In this document: positions 29,534 to 39,672 of the stretch, in pieces
Position numbering within the stretch: the first letter of the stretch is position 1
How the letters are laid out: each line of letters starts with the position of its first letter
Assembly (NCBI GenBank): GCA_963724765.1
Contig: CAVRVY010000004.1
Span: 416,001 to 480,000 of the forward strand
Direction: 5' to 3'
Length of the DNA stretch: 64,000 nucleotides
DNA from: an uncultured delta proteobacterium
GTDB taxonomy: Bacteria > Desulfobacterota > Binatia > Binatales > Binataceae
Notes under the pieces: generated by a model
What the model saw: the letters and a program-made list of their open reading frames with translations, nothing else
The model's database searches: none
Told to the model about the DNA's origin: nothing
Program-made: the position numbers and the translations under genes

Positions 29534-30430
29534 TCAGAGCCCCAACTCCGCAATCTTGCGCGGACTGCGCGTCCAGTCCTTTTCGACCTTGACCAGGAGT
29601 TGCAGGAAGACGTGCGCGCCGAGCATCTTTTCGAGTTCCAGCCGCGCCGCCGTGCCGATCTGCTTGAGCTGGCGGCCTCCCGCCCCGATCAGCATCCCCT
29701 TGTGCGCCTCGCGCGCGACGACGATGATGGCGTCGATCCTGAGCAGGCGACGATCGGGCTCCTCGACGAAATTCTCGACCACCACGGCGGTTGAAAACGG
29801 GACCTCTTCGCGCATCGCCAGGAACACCTTCTCGCGCACGACTTCGGCCGCGATCATCCGCTCGGTCTGGTCGGTGTACTCGTCCTCGGGCATCAGGGCC
29901 GGCCCCTCGGGCAGCATCCGCTTGATGACCGCGACCAGTTCGTCGACGTTGCCGCCCTTGAGCGCGCTGACCGGAACGATCTCGGCCTCTGGCAGTTCAC
30001 GGCCGCATTGCTCGACGGCGGCGAACAACTCCGGGCGCTTGATGCGGTCGATCTTGTTGACCGCGACGACGCGCGGCGCCTTGATCTCACGCAACTCGGT
30101 AAGAAAGGCGCGGTCGCCTTCGCTTAGCGGAGCGCTCGCCTCGACTACGCCGACCACGACCTCGCCCTCGCCAAGGCATCGGCGCGCGATTTCGATCATA
30201 TGCTGGTCGAGCGCGCTGCGCGGGCGATGCAGTCCCGGCGTGTCGACGAAGATAAGCTGTGCGTCGGGGTCGGAACGGATGCCGAGGATGCGGCGGCGGG
30301 TGGTCTGCGGGCGTGGCGTGACGATTGCGACCTTGTGCCCGACCATCCGGTTGAGCAGCGTCGACTTGCCGACATTGGTGCGCCCGCCCAACGCGACGAA
30401 GCCCGCGCGATGAGGCTTAGCGACGCTCAC
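29534..30430 (-). CDS. era: GTPase Era
   Basis: GRTNVGKSTL, PQTTRR, DTPG, NKID, KH domain HKGMLIGAGG; GTG start estimated. Confidence 0.95.
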   Translation of the reverse strand: MSVAKPHRAGFVALGGRTNVGKSTLLNRMVGHKVAIVTPRPQTTRRRILGIRSDPDAQLIFVDTPGLHRPRSALDQHMIEIARRCLGEGEVVVGVVEASAPLSEGDRAFLTELREIKAPRVVAVNKIDRIKRPELFAAVEQCGRELPEAEIVPVSALKGGNVDELVAVIKRMLPEGPALMPEDEYTDQTERMIAAEVVREKVFLAMREEVPFSTAVVVENFVEEPDRRLLRIDAIIVVAREAHKGMLIGAGGRQLKQIGTAARLELEKMLGAHVFLQLLVKVEKDWTRSPRKIAELGL

Positions 30431-31145
30431 GTTTCTCGTTCTCGATTTGGTCCAGGGCGGCGCGCGCCGCAGCCTGCTCGCTCTGCTTCTTGCTGGCGCC
30501 CTCGCCCACTCCAAGATCGCGTCCGGCGATGCGGATGCGCGTGGTGAACATCTTGGCGTGGTCGGGGCCGCGCGACGACACCAATTCGTAGACCGGCTGA
30601 CTGCGGAAGCGGCGGTAGGCGATTTCCTGCAATTCCGTCTTGTAGTCGCGCTCGGTGCTGGGGCCGCCGATGTCGTCGGCGAACAATCCCTCGATCACGG
30701 CCTGGGCCGGCCGCAGTCCGCTGTCGGTATAGATTGCGCCGATCACCGCCTCGAACGACGCGGCGAGAATCGACACCTTCTCGCGTCCGCCGCTTTTCTC
30801 CTCGCCCTTGCCCAACCTGAGCGCCCGGCCCACGCCGATGTCCTGCGCCTTGGCCGCCAGCGTGCGGCCGTTGACGATCGAGGCGCGCTCCTTGGACAGC
30901 ACGCCCTCCTTGGCTTCGGGAAACCGGCGCATCAGCAGGTCCGCAATTGCGAGGTCGAGCACCGCATCGCCGAGGAATTCCAGACGTTCGTAGTGCAGGT
31001 CGGCGCCGACCGCGGCGCTCGGATGGGTGAGCGCGACTCGCAGCAGCTCGGGACGGGCGAAAGTATAGTTGAGCCGCCGCTCCAGGTCTGCGCGATTGTC
31101 TTCAGAACGTAGCTGCGCCGGCTGCGGGCCCGCCTTGGACCTCAA
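30417..31145 (-). CDS. rnc: Ribonuclease III
   Basis: ALTHPS, YERLEFLGDAVL, FEAVIGAIY, dsRBD DYKTELQE; start uncertain (TTG 31145 or ATG 31202), overlaps mtaB. Confidence 0.93.
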   Translation of the reverse strand: MRSKAGPQPAQLRSEDNRADLERRLNYTFARPELLRVALTHPSAAVGADLHYERLEFLGDAVLDLAIADLLMRRFPEAKEGVLSKERASIVNGRTLAAKAQDIGVGRALRLGKGEEKSGGREKVSILAASFEAVIGAIYTDSGLRPAQAVIEGLFADDIGGPSTERDYKTELQEIAYRRFRSQPVYELVSSRGPDHAKMFTTRIRIAGRDLGVGEGASKKQSEQAAARAALDQIENEKRERR

Positions 31146-32427
31146 CCATTTTCCCGGCGAGAGCAAGGCCCTCAACCCGCGCTGCCACCACCTCAAGTTC
31201 ATCGTTCCCAAGTGTGTCGGGGCCCTCCACCAGCACGCGGATGTAATTGCGGCTGTAGCCTTTCAGCCTACCGTCCGCGCCGCGTTCTTCAACCAGGACT
31301 TTAAGCTTCGATCCGCAAAATTGCTCGATGAAACACCGTCGCTTGTCCTCGCCAAGCGCGCGCAACAGTCCCGCTCGACGCTTTATCTCCGCCGCCGCCA
31401 CCTTACCCGGCAGCTTGGCCGCCGTGGTTCCCGCCCTCACGGAGTATGGGAAGACGTGAAAGTAGGCAAGTGGCAGCGCTTCGATGAACTTAAAGTAATC
31501 GTCGAAGTCTTGGATCGTCTCGCCGGGAAACCCGGCAATAAGATCGGTGCCGATAGCTGCCGAGGGCATCGCCTCACGAATACGTTCGACGCGATCTCTG
31601 AAGTGCGCCAGGTCGTAGCGCCGGCGCATCCGGATCAAGGTCGCGTCAGTGCCAGCCTGCAGCGGCAGATGGAGATGCGGGCAGAACTTGTCACTCGTGG
31701 CCATGATTTGCAGGATTCGGTCGCTCAGTTCCTCAGGGTCGAGCGAGCTTATCCTGACTCGGCCGATCGGCGAGCGCTCGGCGACCATCTCGAGCAGCGT
31801 CTCGAGGCTTACCGGCGGAACGAGGTCGCGCCCATAGCCGCCAAGATGCACGCCGGTCAGGATGACCTCGCAAAAGCCCGAGGCCGCGAGCGAATCGAGC
31901 GCGGCAAAGATGCGCCGCGGCTCGACACTGCGCGAGGTTCCGCGCGAGGTTGGCACGATACAGAAGCTGCAGAATTGATCGCATCCCTCCTGCAGCTTCA
32001 GGAACGCGCGCGTGCGACCCTCCAGCGCAACCGCTCCGAGCTCGATCGGCGCACGCTCCTTGCGCAGATTGCTAACCATCACTCGGGCCGGAGCCTCGCC
32101 AAGGGCGGCGCGTTCGAGGTCGTCGGGACGTCCGAGTCCCACCACGGCGTCAATCTCGGGCGCCGCGGCCAGCACGGCGGGATTCGCCTGCGCGAGGCAT
32201 CCGGTCATCACCACGCGCGCGCGCGGGTTAAGCCGCCGTGCGCGGCGCGCGAGCTTGAGGCTCTCGGCGTCGGCCCGATCGGTCACCGTGCAGGTGTTCA
32301 CGATATAGACATCGGCGACCTCGTCGAACTCGCAGCGTTCCATCCCGCGCGCGCCAAGGCGCGACTCGATCATCGCCGAGTCGTACTGGTTGACCTTGCA
32401 TCCGAGTGTGGCCACCGCAAAGCGCAT
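31102..32427 (-). CDS. mtaB: tRNA t6A37 methylthiotransferase MtaB
   Basis: TLGCKVNQYDS, NTCTVT, MTGC, radical SAM CDQFCSFC, LTGVHLG, HVFPYSVR. Confidence 0.93.
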   Translation of the reverse strand: MRFAVATLGCKVNQYDSAMIESRLGARGMERCEFDEVADVYIVNTCTVTDRADAESLKLARRARRLNPRARVVMTGCLAQANPAVLAAAPEIDAVVGLGRPDDLERAALGEAPARVMVSNLRKERAPIELGAVALEGRTRAFLKLQEGCDQFCSFCIVPTSRGTSRSVEPRRIFAALDSLAASGFCEVILTGVHLGGYGRDLVPPVSLETLLEMVAERSPIGRVRISSLDPEELSDRILQIMATSDKFCPHLHLPLQAGTDATLIRMRRRYDLAHFRDRVERIREAMPSAAIGTDLIAGFPGETIQDFDDYFKFIEALPLAYFHVFPYSVRAGTTAAKLPGKVAAAEIKRRAGLLRALGEDKRRCFIEQFCGSKLKVLVEERGADGRLKGYSRNYIRVLVEGPDTLGNDELEVVAARVEGLALAGKMVEVQGGPAAGAATF

Positions 32428-32485
32428 CGCACCCATCTTTAGATCAGTCTCGAGATCGTCTTGAGATCAGTCTTGACAATAGTCT

Positions 32486-33580
32486 TCACAATGCGCGCTC
32501 GATAAAGCCGCCGCCGACAACTTCGTCGCCGCGATAAAATACGCACGCCTGTCCGGGCGTCACCGCGGGACCGCCGCTGCTGGCGAAGGTCACACGCGCT
32601 CGGCCGCCGGATTCGATCGCGAGCGTCGCGGGCAACGCCGGATGGCGATAGCGGATGCGCGCCTCGACCGTGACCGCGCCCGTGCCGACGCTCTCGGGAT
32701 CGACGAAGCTGAGGTCGCGCGCGAGAAGACCGGCCGCGGCGAGATCCTCGCGCGGACCCACGACGATTTCACCGTTTTTAGCGCGAATCTCGCGCACGTA
32801 CAGCGGCGCCGGCGCGCTAAGGCCGAGTCCGCGGCGCTGCCCGACGGTGAAGCGATGCACTCCGTCATGGGCCGCCAATGCCCGTCCCTTCAGATCGACG
32901 ATACGGCCGGGGCGAAGACGCCCGGGGGCCGCCGCCCGTTCGACGAATTCGGCGTAATCGCCGTCGGGCACAAAGCAAATCTCCTGGCTCTCGGGCTTGT
33001 CGGCGTTGGCGAGACCAAGCTGGCGCGCGCGCGCGCGAACCTCGGCCTTGGTCATCGCGCCGAGCGGAAAGAGCGTGCGGCTGAGTTCAACCTGACCGAG
33101 CGTGAACAGGAAGTACGACTGATCCTTGATGGCGTCGGCGGCGCGCAAAAGATGGAAGCGGCCACGCGCGTCGCGTTCGATGCGGGCATAATGGCCGGTC
33201 GCGACGTAGTCCGCGCCGAGCGCCGCCGCGCGCTCTCGCAGGCGATCGAACTTGATCTCGCGATTGCACATCACGCACGGGTTGGGCGTGCGGCCGTGCA
33301 GGTATTCGGAAACGAAATTGTCGATCACGCGGGCGCCGAACTCCGCGCGCAAATCGACCACGTAAAATGGAAAGTCCATCCGCTCCGCGACCCGGCGCGC
33401 ATCCTCGAAATCCTCGTGCGAGCAACATGTCCCGCGCCGGCGCGCCGGCGATGGACCCGGCCGCTCCGGCGCGAGACGCATCGCCACGCCGATCACGTCG
33501 TAGCCACGCTCGCGCAAAATCGCCGCGGCGACGGAACTGTCCACTCCGCCCGACATCGCGACCAGCACCCGCGCGCTCAT
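32486..33580 (-). CDS. mnmA: tRNA 2-thiouridine(34) synthase
   Basis: VAMSGGVDSS, TPNPCVMCN, ATGHY, KDQSYFL, ESQEICF, TPGQACVFY. Confidence 0.96.
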   Translation of the reverse strand: MSARVLVAMSGGVDSSVAAAILRERGYDVIGVAMRLAPERPGPSPARRRGTCCSHEDFEDARRVAERMDFPFYVVDLRAEFGARVIDNFVSEYLHGRTPNPCVMCNREIKFDRLRERAAALGADYVATGHYARIERDARGRFHLLRAADAIKDQSYFLFTLGQVELSRTLFPLGAMTKAEVRARARQLGLANADKPESQEICFVPDGDYAEFVERAAAPGRLRPGRIVDLKGRALAAHDGVHRFTVGQRRGLGLSAPAPLYVREIRAKNGEIVVGPREDLAAAGLLARDLSFVDPESVGTGAVTVEARIRYRHPALPATLAIESGGRARVTFASSGGPAVTPGQACVFYRGDEVVGGGFIERAL

Positions 33581-34761
33581 CGCGTAGCCTCCGCCACGGC
33601 GGCGAATGCGGCTGTAGTCAGCGGCTCGGCCGCACGGACCCGCTGCCAGACGTCCGGGATGATTTCCGCCGCGCGCTCGATCTCGGCTGCGGTCGTGCTC
33701 CATCCGAGGCTAAGCCGCAGCGAACTGCGTGCCTCGTCGTGACTCAGACCCATCGCGAGCAGCACGTGCGACGGCTCGACCGCCCCTGCCGCGCACGCCG
33801 AGCCCATCGAAACTTCCACGCCCTCGAGGTCGAGCGCAATCAACATGCTTTCGCCGAGCACGCCGGGAAAAGTCAGGTTGAGCGTGTTGGCAATTTTGTC
33901 GGCGGGGGAGCCATTGAGGCGGAGACCCGGAATTGCCGCGCCAAGACGCTCGAGCAGCCGCTCTGCCAGCATCGCAACGCGCGCGGACTCTTCGTCCATA
34001 TGCGCTCCGGCGGCTTCAGCCGCCACGCCAAAGGCTATCGCGCCGAGCAAATTCGGCGTCCCGGCGCGCATCCCGGCCTCCTGCGGCCCGCCAAGCATCG
34101 CAGGCGCGAGCGCCACCCCGGCGCGCACGTAGAGCGCGCCGATTCCCGCCGGTGCGCCCAGCTTGTGGCCGCTAATCGTCAACAGATCGCATCGTAAATC
34201 GCCGACGCGAATCGGAATGCGTCCGGCAGCCTGCGCCGCGTCGAGATGAAACAGCGCTCCCGAGCGCGCGATCGGCTCGGCCATCGCCGCCACGTCCTGG
34301 ATCGTGCCGACCTCCGCGTTGGCAAGCCCCAACGTCACCAGCGCCGTATCGCCGTCGAGCGCCGCCGCCACTGTCGCCGGTGCGATTCGCCCTGCGCGGT
34401 CAGGAATCAATCGAACAACCTCAAAGCCGTGGTCAGCGAGATATTCGAGCGGCGCAAGGATCGAAGAATGCTCGATCGCCGCAGTGACGATCCTCCGCCG
34501 CGCCGGATGCGCGTCGGCCACGCCGCGAATCGCAAGGTTATTCGACTCGGTGCCACCGCTGGTGAAGACGACCTCGCGCGTGGCGGCTCCGATGAAATGC
34601 GCGACCTGGGCGCGGGCCTGCTCCAGCGCACGGCGGGCGCGTTGGCCGCCTCGATGCACCGCGGCGGGGTTGGCCTCGTCTGCTTCGCAGAAGCGGGCGA
34701 TAGCGGCGCGCACCTCGGGCCGCAGTGGCGCGCCGGCGTTATGGTCAAGATAAATGCGCAT
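33577..34761 (-). CDS. iscS: Cysteine desulfurase (IscS/NifS family)
   Basis: YLDHNA, FTSGGTESNN, HLDAAQ, SGHKLG, SMGSAC; overlaps the mnmA start. Confidence 0.9.
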   Translation of the reverse strand: MRIYLDHNAGAPLRPEVRAAIARFCEADEANPAAVHRGGQRARRALEQARAQVAHFIGAATREVVFTSGGTESNNLAIRGVADAHPARRRIVTAAIEHSSILAPLEYLADHGFEVVRLIPDRAGRIAPATVAAALDGDTALVTLGLANAEVGTIQDVAAMAEPIARSGALFHLDAAQAAGRIPIRVGDLRCDLLTISGHKLGAPAGIGALYVRAGVALAPAMLGGPQEAGMRAGTPNLLGAIAFGVAAEAAGAHMDEESARVAMLAERLLERLGAAIPGLRLNGSPADKIANTLNLTFPGVLGESMLIALDLEGVEVSMGSACAAGAVEPSHVLLAMGLSHDEARSSLRLSLGWSTTAAEIERAAEIIPDVWQRVRAAEPLTTAAFAAVAEATR

Positions 34762-34842
34762 ACGGGTTTGATAGGCCCAGGGCGAACGACTAACTTAGCC
34801 TAGCGGATTGGCAGACAAAAGTCGTCGCAGCGCTAGTCATCA

Positions 34843-36045
34843 ATGGCAATGCCTGAAGTAATCGTGATCGGCGCCGGGGTGGTGGGATGCAGCCTCGCGT
34901 TCCATCTGGCCCGCGCCGGGGCGCGAGTGACGGTTTTCGACAAAGAGCGCGAAGTGGGCGCCGGGATGTCGGCGCGTTCGGGCGCGCTGCTGCGGATGCA
35001 TTACACCTTTGCGCCGGAAGCCGAACTGGCGTGGAAGAGCCTGCGCTACTTCGCCCACTGGGAAAAGATGGTCGGGCGCGACGCCGAGCGGCGCGGCTGC
35101 GGCTTCGCGAGGACCGGATTCGCGATCGTAGTCGGACCGCCCAACGCCGAGAAGCTACGCGCCAATGTAGCGATGCTGCAAGCGGTCGGCGTCGATACCA
35201 GCGTGGTCGAGCCGGCGGAGTTGCGCAGGCTCGAACCCGCAATCAACGTTGACGACGTCGCGCTCGCCGCCTACGAGCCACAGAGCGGCTATGCCGACCC
35301 GGTCGCGGCCACGCGCTCGATGGCGGAGGCGGCCTCGCGTCACGGCGCGGAGTTCAGGCTGGGAGTGCCGATCGGTTCGATCGACGCGGCGAGCGGTCGC
35401 GTGCGCGGCGTAGTTGACGCGGCCGGCAAGCGGTACGCCGCCGACGCTGTGTGCGTAGTGGCCGGTCCATGGACGGATCGGCTCCTGAAGCCGCTTGGCG
35501 CGCCGATCGGAATCCGCGCCGAGCGCGCGCAGATCGCTTTCTTCAAACGCCCCGCGACGCTCAAGCATTGCGGATGTATCGACACGATCTCAGGCAGCTA
35601 CTTCCGCCCGCAGGCCGCCGAAGAGACTTTGATCGGCCTCGGCGACGTCAAAGCGGAGTACGAACCCGACCCGGACAGCTTTCGCGAAGACAACGACGCC
35701 GACTTCGTCACCGAGGTCGCCGAACGCCTGGCCCATCGCGTGCCCGCGATGGCTGGTGCGGGATACTCGCGCGGCCACGCCGGAATCTACGACGTGAGCC
35801 CCGACTCGCGCGCGGTGCTTGGCCCCGTGCCAGAGGTCAACGGACTTTACGCCGCCGCGGGATTCAGCGGCACCGGTTTCAAAACCGCACCGGCGGTGGG
35901 CGCCGCGATGGAGGAGCTGATCCTCACCGGCCGCTCCACAACCGTCGACCTGCGCCCGTTCGGCTTCGAGCGCCTGCGCGAAGGACGCCCGATCCGCGGC
36001 GAGCACGAGTACCTGATGGGCGCCAACTTCGGTCACAAGCTCTGA
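34843..36045 (+). CDS. FAD-dependent oxidoreductase (DAO / sarcosine oxidase beta-like)
   Basis: IGAGVVG, AGPWT, GIYDVSPD, GFSGTGFKTAPAVG. Confidence 0.88.
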   Translation: MAMPEVIVIGAGVVGCSLAFHLARAGARVTVFDKEREVGAGMSARSGALLRMHYTFAPEAELAWKSLRYFAHWEKMVGRDAERRGCGFARTGFAIVVGPPNAEKLRANVAMLQAVGVDTSVVEPAELRRLEPAINVDDVALAAYEPQSGYADPVAATRSMAEAASRHGAEFRLGVPIGSIDAASGRVRGVVDAAGKRYAADAVCVVAGPWTDRLLKPLGAPIGIRAERAQIAFFKRPATLKHCGCIDTISGSYFRPQAAEETLIGLGDVKAEYEPDPDSFREDNDADFVTEVAERLAHRVPAMAGAGYSRGHAGIYDVSPDSRAVLGPVPEVNGLYAAAGFSGTGFKTAPAVGAAMEELILTGRSTTVDLRPFGFERLREGRPIRGEHEYLMGANFGHKL

Positions 36046-36062
36046 GCCTCCACGATCCTCAG

Positions 36063-37157
36063 ATGAAACGCGTTCGTAGGAGTCGGCCGTCGCGGACGGC
36101 GATCATGATCGCGGCTTGCCTAGCGGCCGTGCTGGCCGTTGGATGCGTGGTCGAAAATCCTCCGGCTCCGCCACCGCCGCCGCCACCGCCGGCGTTGCCC
36201 GCCGGACTGGTGATCCAGCCCTCGTCGCTGGCCGAGGACGCGCAGGCGAGCCTGTGGTTCACGATCCTGGGAATTCCAAGGACCGGACGCCTCGATCGCG
36301 GCGGATCGCTGAGCGAGTTCAAGCTGCCGCCGGTAAGCTTCGCCGCCAACATGATTTACGGCCCCGACGGCAACCTGTGGATGGTCGGGATCACGACGCT
36401 CGGCTCGGCGGTCTCCGGCAACATCATCAGAATGACGCTCGATGGAAAAAGCACGCTCTATGAACTGCCCAACAACTGGGTGCCTGAGGGGTTGACTGCG
36501 GGACCCGACGGCAACTTGTGGTTCACGGGGTGGATGGGCGCAAACGCTGACGCCGCGGTGGCAATCGGGCAAATCACCACGGCGGGCGCCATCACCATGT
36601 TCCCGCTGCCCGAGGCCGGGACCGGTCCGACAACGATCACAAGCGGCCCGGAGCATAGTTTGTGGTTCACCGAGGCTCCGGTGGGACGCATCGGACGGGT
36701 CGCGCTCGACGGCAAAGTGCTCGAATACCATCTGCCGCGCAAAGGCACGTTGCCGGCGCAAATCGTGGCAGGCTCGGACGGCAACATCTGGTTCACGGAA
36801 AATTTCAGCGACCGGGTCGCGCGCTTGACCCCCAAGGGCCAAATCACTGAATTCACTTTGCCTGTAAACGGCAAGTACGAAGCGATCGTGACCGGCTCCG
36901 ACGGCAACTTATGGATCGCCGTCAATCGTGCCGGCGCGACAGCGAACATCACCGCCGGCGCGATCGTGCGTGTCACGACCAGCGGCGCAGCAACAGTATT
37001 TCCGATCCCGCGCGGCGCCGACATCACGGGTCTCATCCCTCGGCGCGATGGCACGCTGTCGTTCACCGAGCGATGGGTTACCGGCGGGTCGAGCTATATC
37101 GGACGCATCACCACCGCCGGCCAAATCACCGAGACTTCGCTCAGCCTCAAAAAGTGA
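36063..37157 (+). CDS. Vgb (virginiamycin B lyase)-like beta-propeller lipoprotein
   Basis: LAVGC lipobox, Pro linker, repeated GPDGNLWFT / GSDGNIWFTE. Confidence 0.82.
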   Translation: MKRVRRSRPSRTAIMIAACLAAVLAVGCVVENPPAPPPPPPPPALPAGLVIQPSSLAEDAQASLWFTILGIPRTGRLDRGGSLSEFKLPPVSFAANMIYGPDGNLWMVGITTLGSAVSGNIIRMTLDGKSTLYELPNNWVPEGLTAGPDGNLWFTGWMGANADAAVAIGQITTAGAITMFPLPEAGTGPTTITSGPEHSLWFTEAPVGRIGRVALDGKVLEYHLPRKGTLPAQIVAGSDGNIWFTENFSDRVARLTPKGQITEFTLPVNGKYEAIVTGSDGNLWIAVNRAGATANITAGAIVRVTTSGAATVFPIPRGADITGLIPRRDGTLSFTERWVTGGSSYIGRITTAGQITETSLSLKK

Positions 37158-37204
37158 CACAATGCGTTCGCGAGACGCGCACCCCGGGCCAGCCGCTTTT
37201 TTAG

Positions 37205-37996
37205 TCAGCGGTTCTTGGGAGGCGGGGGATCGCCCGTGGCGGCCGGAACCTCGGAGCCGTCCGCAGGAACGTTTGGATTGAACTTGTCTTCGAGGCAGTC
37301 CTGGCGCTCTTCGAGTTCTTCGATTCTCACGCCGATCCGGTTGAGCTTGTCGACCAGGCTCTGCATCGCGCGCGCCACCGGGTCGGGCAGATGCACGTGG
37401 TCGAGTCCGGCGACATCCTGGCGCGTGCTCTCGCCCTCGATAACCTTGCCCGGGATGCCGACGATGGTCGAGTACGGCGGCGCCGAGGAGACCACCACCG
37501 CCCCCGCGCCGATACGGCTGCCACGGCCGATCCGCACCGGGCCGATCACCGCTGCGCCGGCGCTGATCATCACGTGGTCCTCGATCGTCGGATGACGTTT
37601 CTCTTTCTTGAGACTGGTGCCGCCCAGCGTCACGCCCTGGTAGATGAGCACGTCGTCGCCAATCTCGGTGGTCTCGCCGATCACCACGCCCATCCCGTGG
37701 TCGATGAAAAGGCGTCGCCCGATGGTCGCGCCAGGATGAATCTCGATTCCGGTGATCCATCGCGCAAGTTCGCTCAGGAGCCGGCCGAGCAGACAGAGCC
37801 GATGCTGCCACAGCCAGTGCGCCGCTCGATACATCCAGATTGCGTGCAGCCCTGGATAGGCGAGCACCACCTCGAGCACGGTGCGAGCAGCCGGGTCGCG
37901 GTCGAAGACCGCCTGGATGTCCTCGCGCATCCGGCTGATGACGCCGATCGGCGCCTGCGCCTGTGCGTCGGTGCCGGTTGTGCTCGGGAGAGCCAT
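37205..37996 (-). CDS. cysE: Serine O-acetyltransferase
   Basis: [39 protein letters not shown]. Confidence 0.95.
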   Translation of the reverse strand: MALPSTTGTDAQAQAPIGVISRMREDIQAVFDRDPAARTVLEVVLAYPGLHAIWMYRAAHWLWQHRLCLLGRLLSELARWITGIEIHPGATIGRRLFIDHGMGVVIGETTEIGDDVLIYQGVTLGGTSLKKEKRHPTIEDHVMISAGAAVIGPVRIGRGSRIGAGAVVVSSAPPYSTIVGIPGKVIEGESTRQDVAGLDHVHLPDPVARAMQSLVDKLNRIGVRIEELEERQDCLEDKFNPNVPADGSEVPAATGDPPPPKNR

Positions 37997-38000
37997 GCGC

Positions 38001-39668
38001 CTACGTCCTCGCCGGCGCGCCGTTGCGCAGCGGAGCGCGATCGCGTGGCCGCGTTCCGTTGGCCGGCGCATGCTTGACGATGCGCGGCCGGGCCGCGTCC
38101 TTGTGCAGCTTGTACTCGACCGAATCGACCAGCGCCTGCCAGCTCGCCTCGACCACGTTGCTGGAAAGGCCGACTGTGCCCCAGCGCCGCCGGCCGTCGG
38201 TCGATTCGATCAGCACGCGCACGCGCGCCGCGGTGCCGGCGCCGTTGTCGAGCACGCGAACCTTGTAGTCGGCAAGCTGCATCGCTTCGAGCGCCGGGTA
38301 ATACGGGACCAGCGCGCCGCGCAACGCCGAGTCGAGTGCGTTGACCGGACCGTTGCCGGTGGCCGAGTTGCGCGTGCGCACGCCGTCGGGCCCTTCGATC
38401 ACCACCACCGCTTCGCTGAACGGCGTGTGGTCCTCGTGCCACTTGTCGTCGAACACGCGAAAGCTGACGAATCGGAAGTGGTCGCGCGCGAAACCGAGCG
38501 TCCGCAGCATCAGCAACTCGAACGAGGCGTCGGCGCCGTCGAAAGTATAGCCCAGCGACTCCAGCCGCTTGAGCTCGTCGAGCAGCACGCCAATCTTTTC
38601 ATTGCTCGGCTCGATGTTAAGGCCAAATTCCTTGCTCTTATAAAGGATGTTGGCGCGGCCGGACAGCTCCGAGAGCACTACGTGACGGTCGTTGCCAACC
38701 GCCGCCGGGTCGATATGCTCGTAGGTGTGCACGCTCCGCTGAATGCCGGAGACGTGCAACCCCGCCTTATGGGTGAAGGCGCTGTGCCCGACGTAGGCCT
38801 GGCGTATATGCGGCGTGATGTTGGCCAGCTCGTAGACCAGCATCGAGACCTCGCGCAGCGTCTTGAGCTTGCCGGGCGGCACGCACTGGTAGCCGAGCTT
38901 GAGTTGAAGGTCGGGAATGATCGAGACCAGGTTGGCGTTGCCGCAGCGCTCGCCAATTCCATTGATCGTGCCCTGAACCTGCACGGCGCCGCTACGCACG
39001 CCGGCGATCGCGTTGGCGACCGCGACCTCGCAGTCGTTATGCGGATGGATTCCGATCGGGCATCGCACCGCCTCGATCGCGGCCTGCACGCCGGTCTCGA
39101 TTTCATGCGGCAGGCGGCCGCCATTGGTGTCGCAAAGCGCAATCAGATTAACCCCCGCCGAATCGGCCGCACGCAGGCAGGCCAGCGCAAACTCGGGGTT
39201 GGCCGCGAACCCGTCGAAGAAATGCTCGGCGTCGAAGATGACCTCGTCCACGTGGCGTTTCAGGTACGTGACAGTGTCGTGCAGGATGTCGAGGTTGGCC
39301 TGGTTGGAGATGCGCAGGGCTTCGCGCACATGCATGTCCCAGGTCTTGCCGACCACGGTCGCGACCGGAGTCTCGGCGCGCAGCAGCAGCGCCAGGTTGC
39401 GGTCGGCCGAGGCGCGCGCATTGGCACGCCGGGTCGAGCCGAAGGCCGCGATTTTGGCGTGGCGCAAACGGAGCTTCTTGACCTCGCGGAAAAACGCGGC
39501 GTCGCGGTCGTTGGAGCCCGGCCATCCGCCCTCGATATAGTCGATCCCGAGATCGTCGAGGCGCTCGGCAATCTCCAGCTTGTCCTCGACGGTGAGCGAG
39601 ACGTCCTCGGACTGGCACCCGTCGCGCAACGTGGTGTCGTATATCTGTATTTTTTTCGCTACGGCCAT
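38001..39668 (-). CDS. cimA: Citramalate synthase
   Basis: [54 protein letters not shown]. Confidence 0.93.
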   Translation of the reverse strand: MAVAKKIQIYDTTLRDGCQSEDVSLTVEDKLEIAERLDDLGIDYIEGGWPGSNDRDAAFFREVKKLRLRHAKIAAFGSTRRANARASADRNLALLLRAETPVATVVGKTWDMHVREALRISNQANLDILHDTVTYLKRHVDEVIFDAEHFFDGFAANPEFALACLRAADSAGVNLIALCDTNGGRLPHEIETGVQAAIEAVRCPIGIHPHNDCEVAVANAIAGVRSGAVQVQGTINGIGERCGNANLVSIIPDLQLKLGYQCVPPGKLKTLREVSMLVYELANITPHIRQAYVGHSAFTHKAGLHVSGIQRSVHTYEHIDPAAVGNDRHVVLSELSGRANILYKSKEFGLNIEPSNEKIGVLLDELKRLESLGYTFDGADASFELLMLRTLGFARDHFRFVSFRVFDDKWHEDHTPFSEAVVVIEGPDGVRTRNSATGNGPVNALDSALRGALVPYYPALEAMQLADYKVRVLDNGAGTAARVRVLIESTDGRRRWGTVGLSSNVVEASWQALVDSVEYKLHKDAARPRIVKHAPANGTRPRDRAPLRNGAPART

Positions 39669-39672
39669 TTGC

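Noticed and set aside
35451-36062. N-terminal extension making the Vgb-like ORF 568 aa
   Set aside because: Overlaps the FAD oxidoreductase in another frame and is Arg-rich noise; the signal peptide begins at 36063
36063-37157. Streptogramin resistance gene vgb
   Set aside because: Exported lipoprotein with generic propeller repeats; catalytic residues cannot be confirmed
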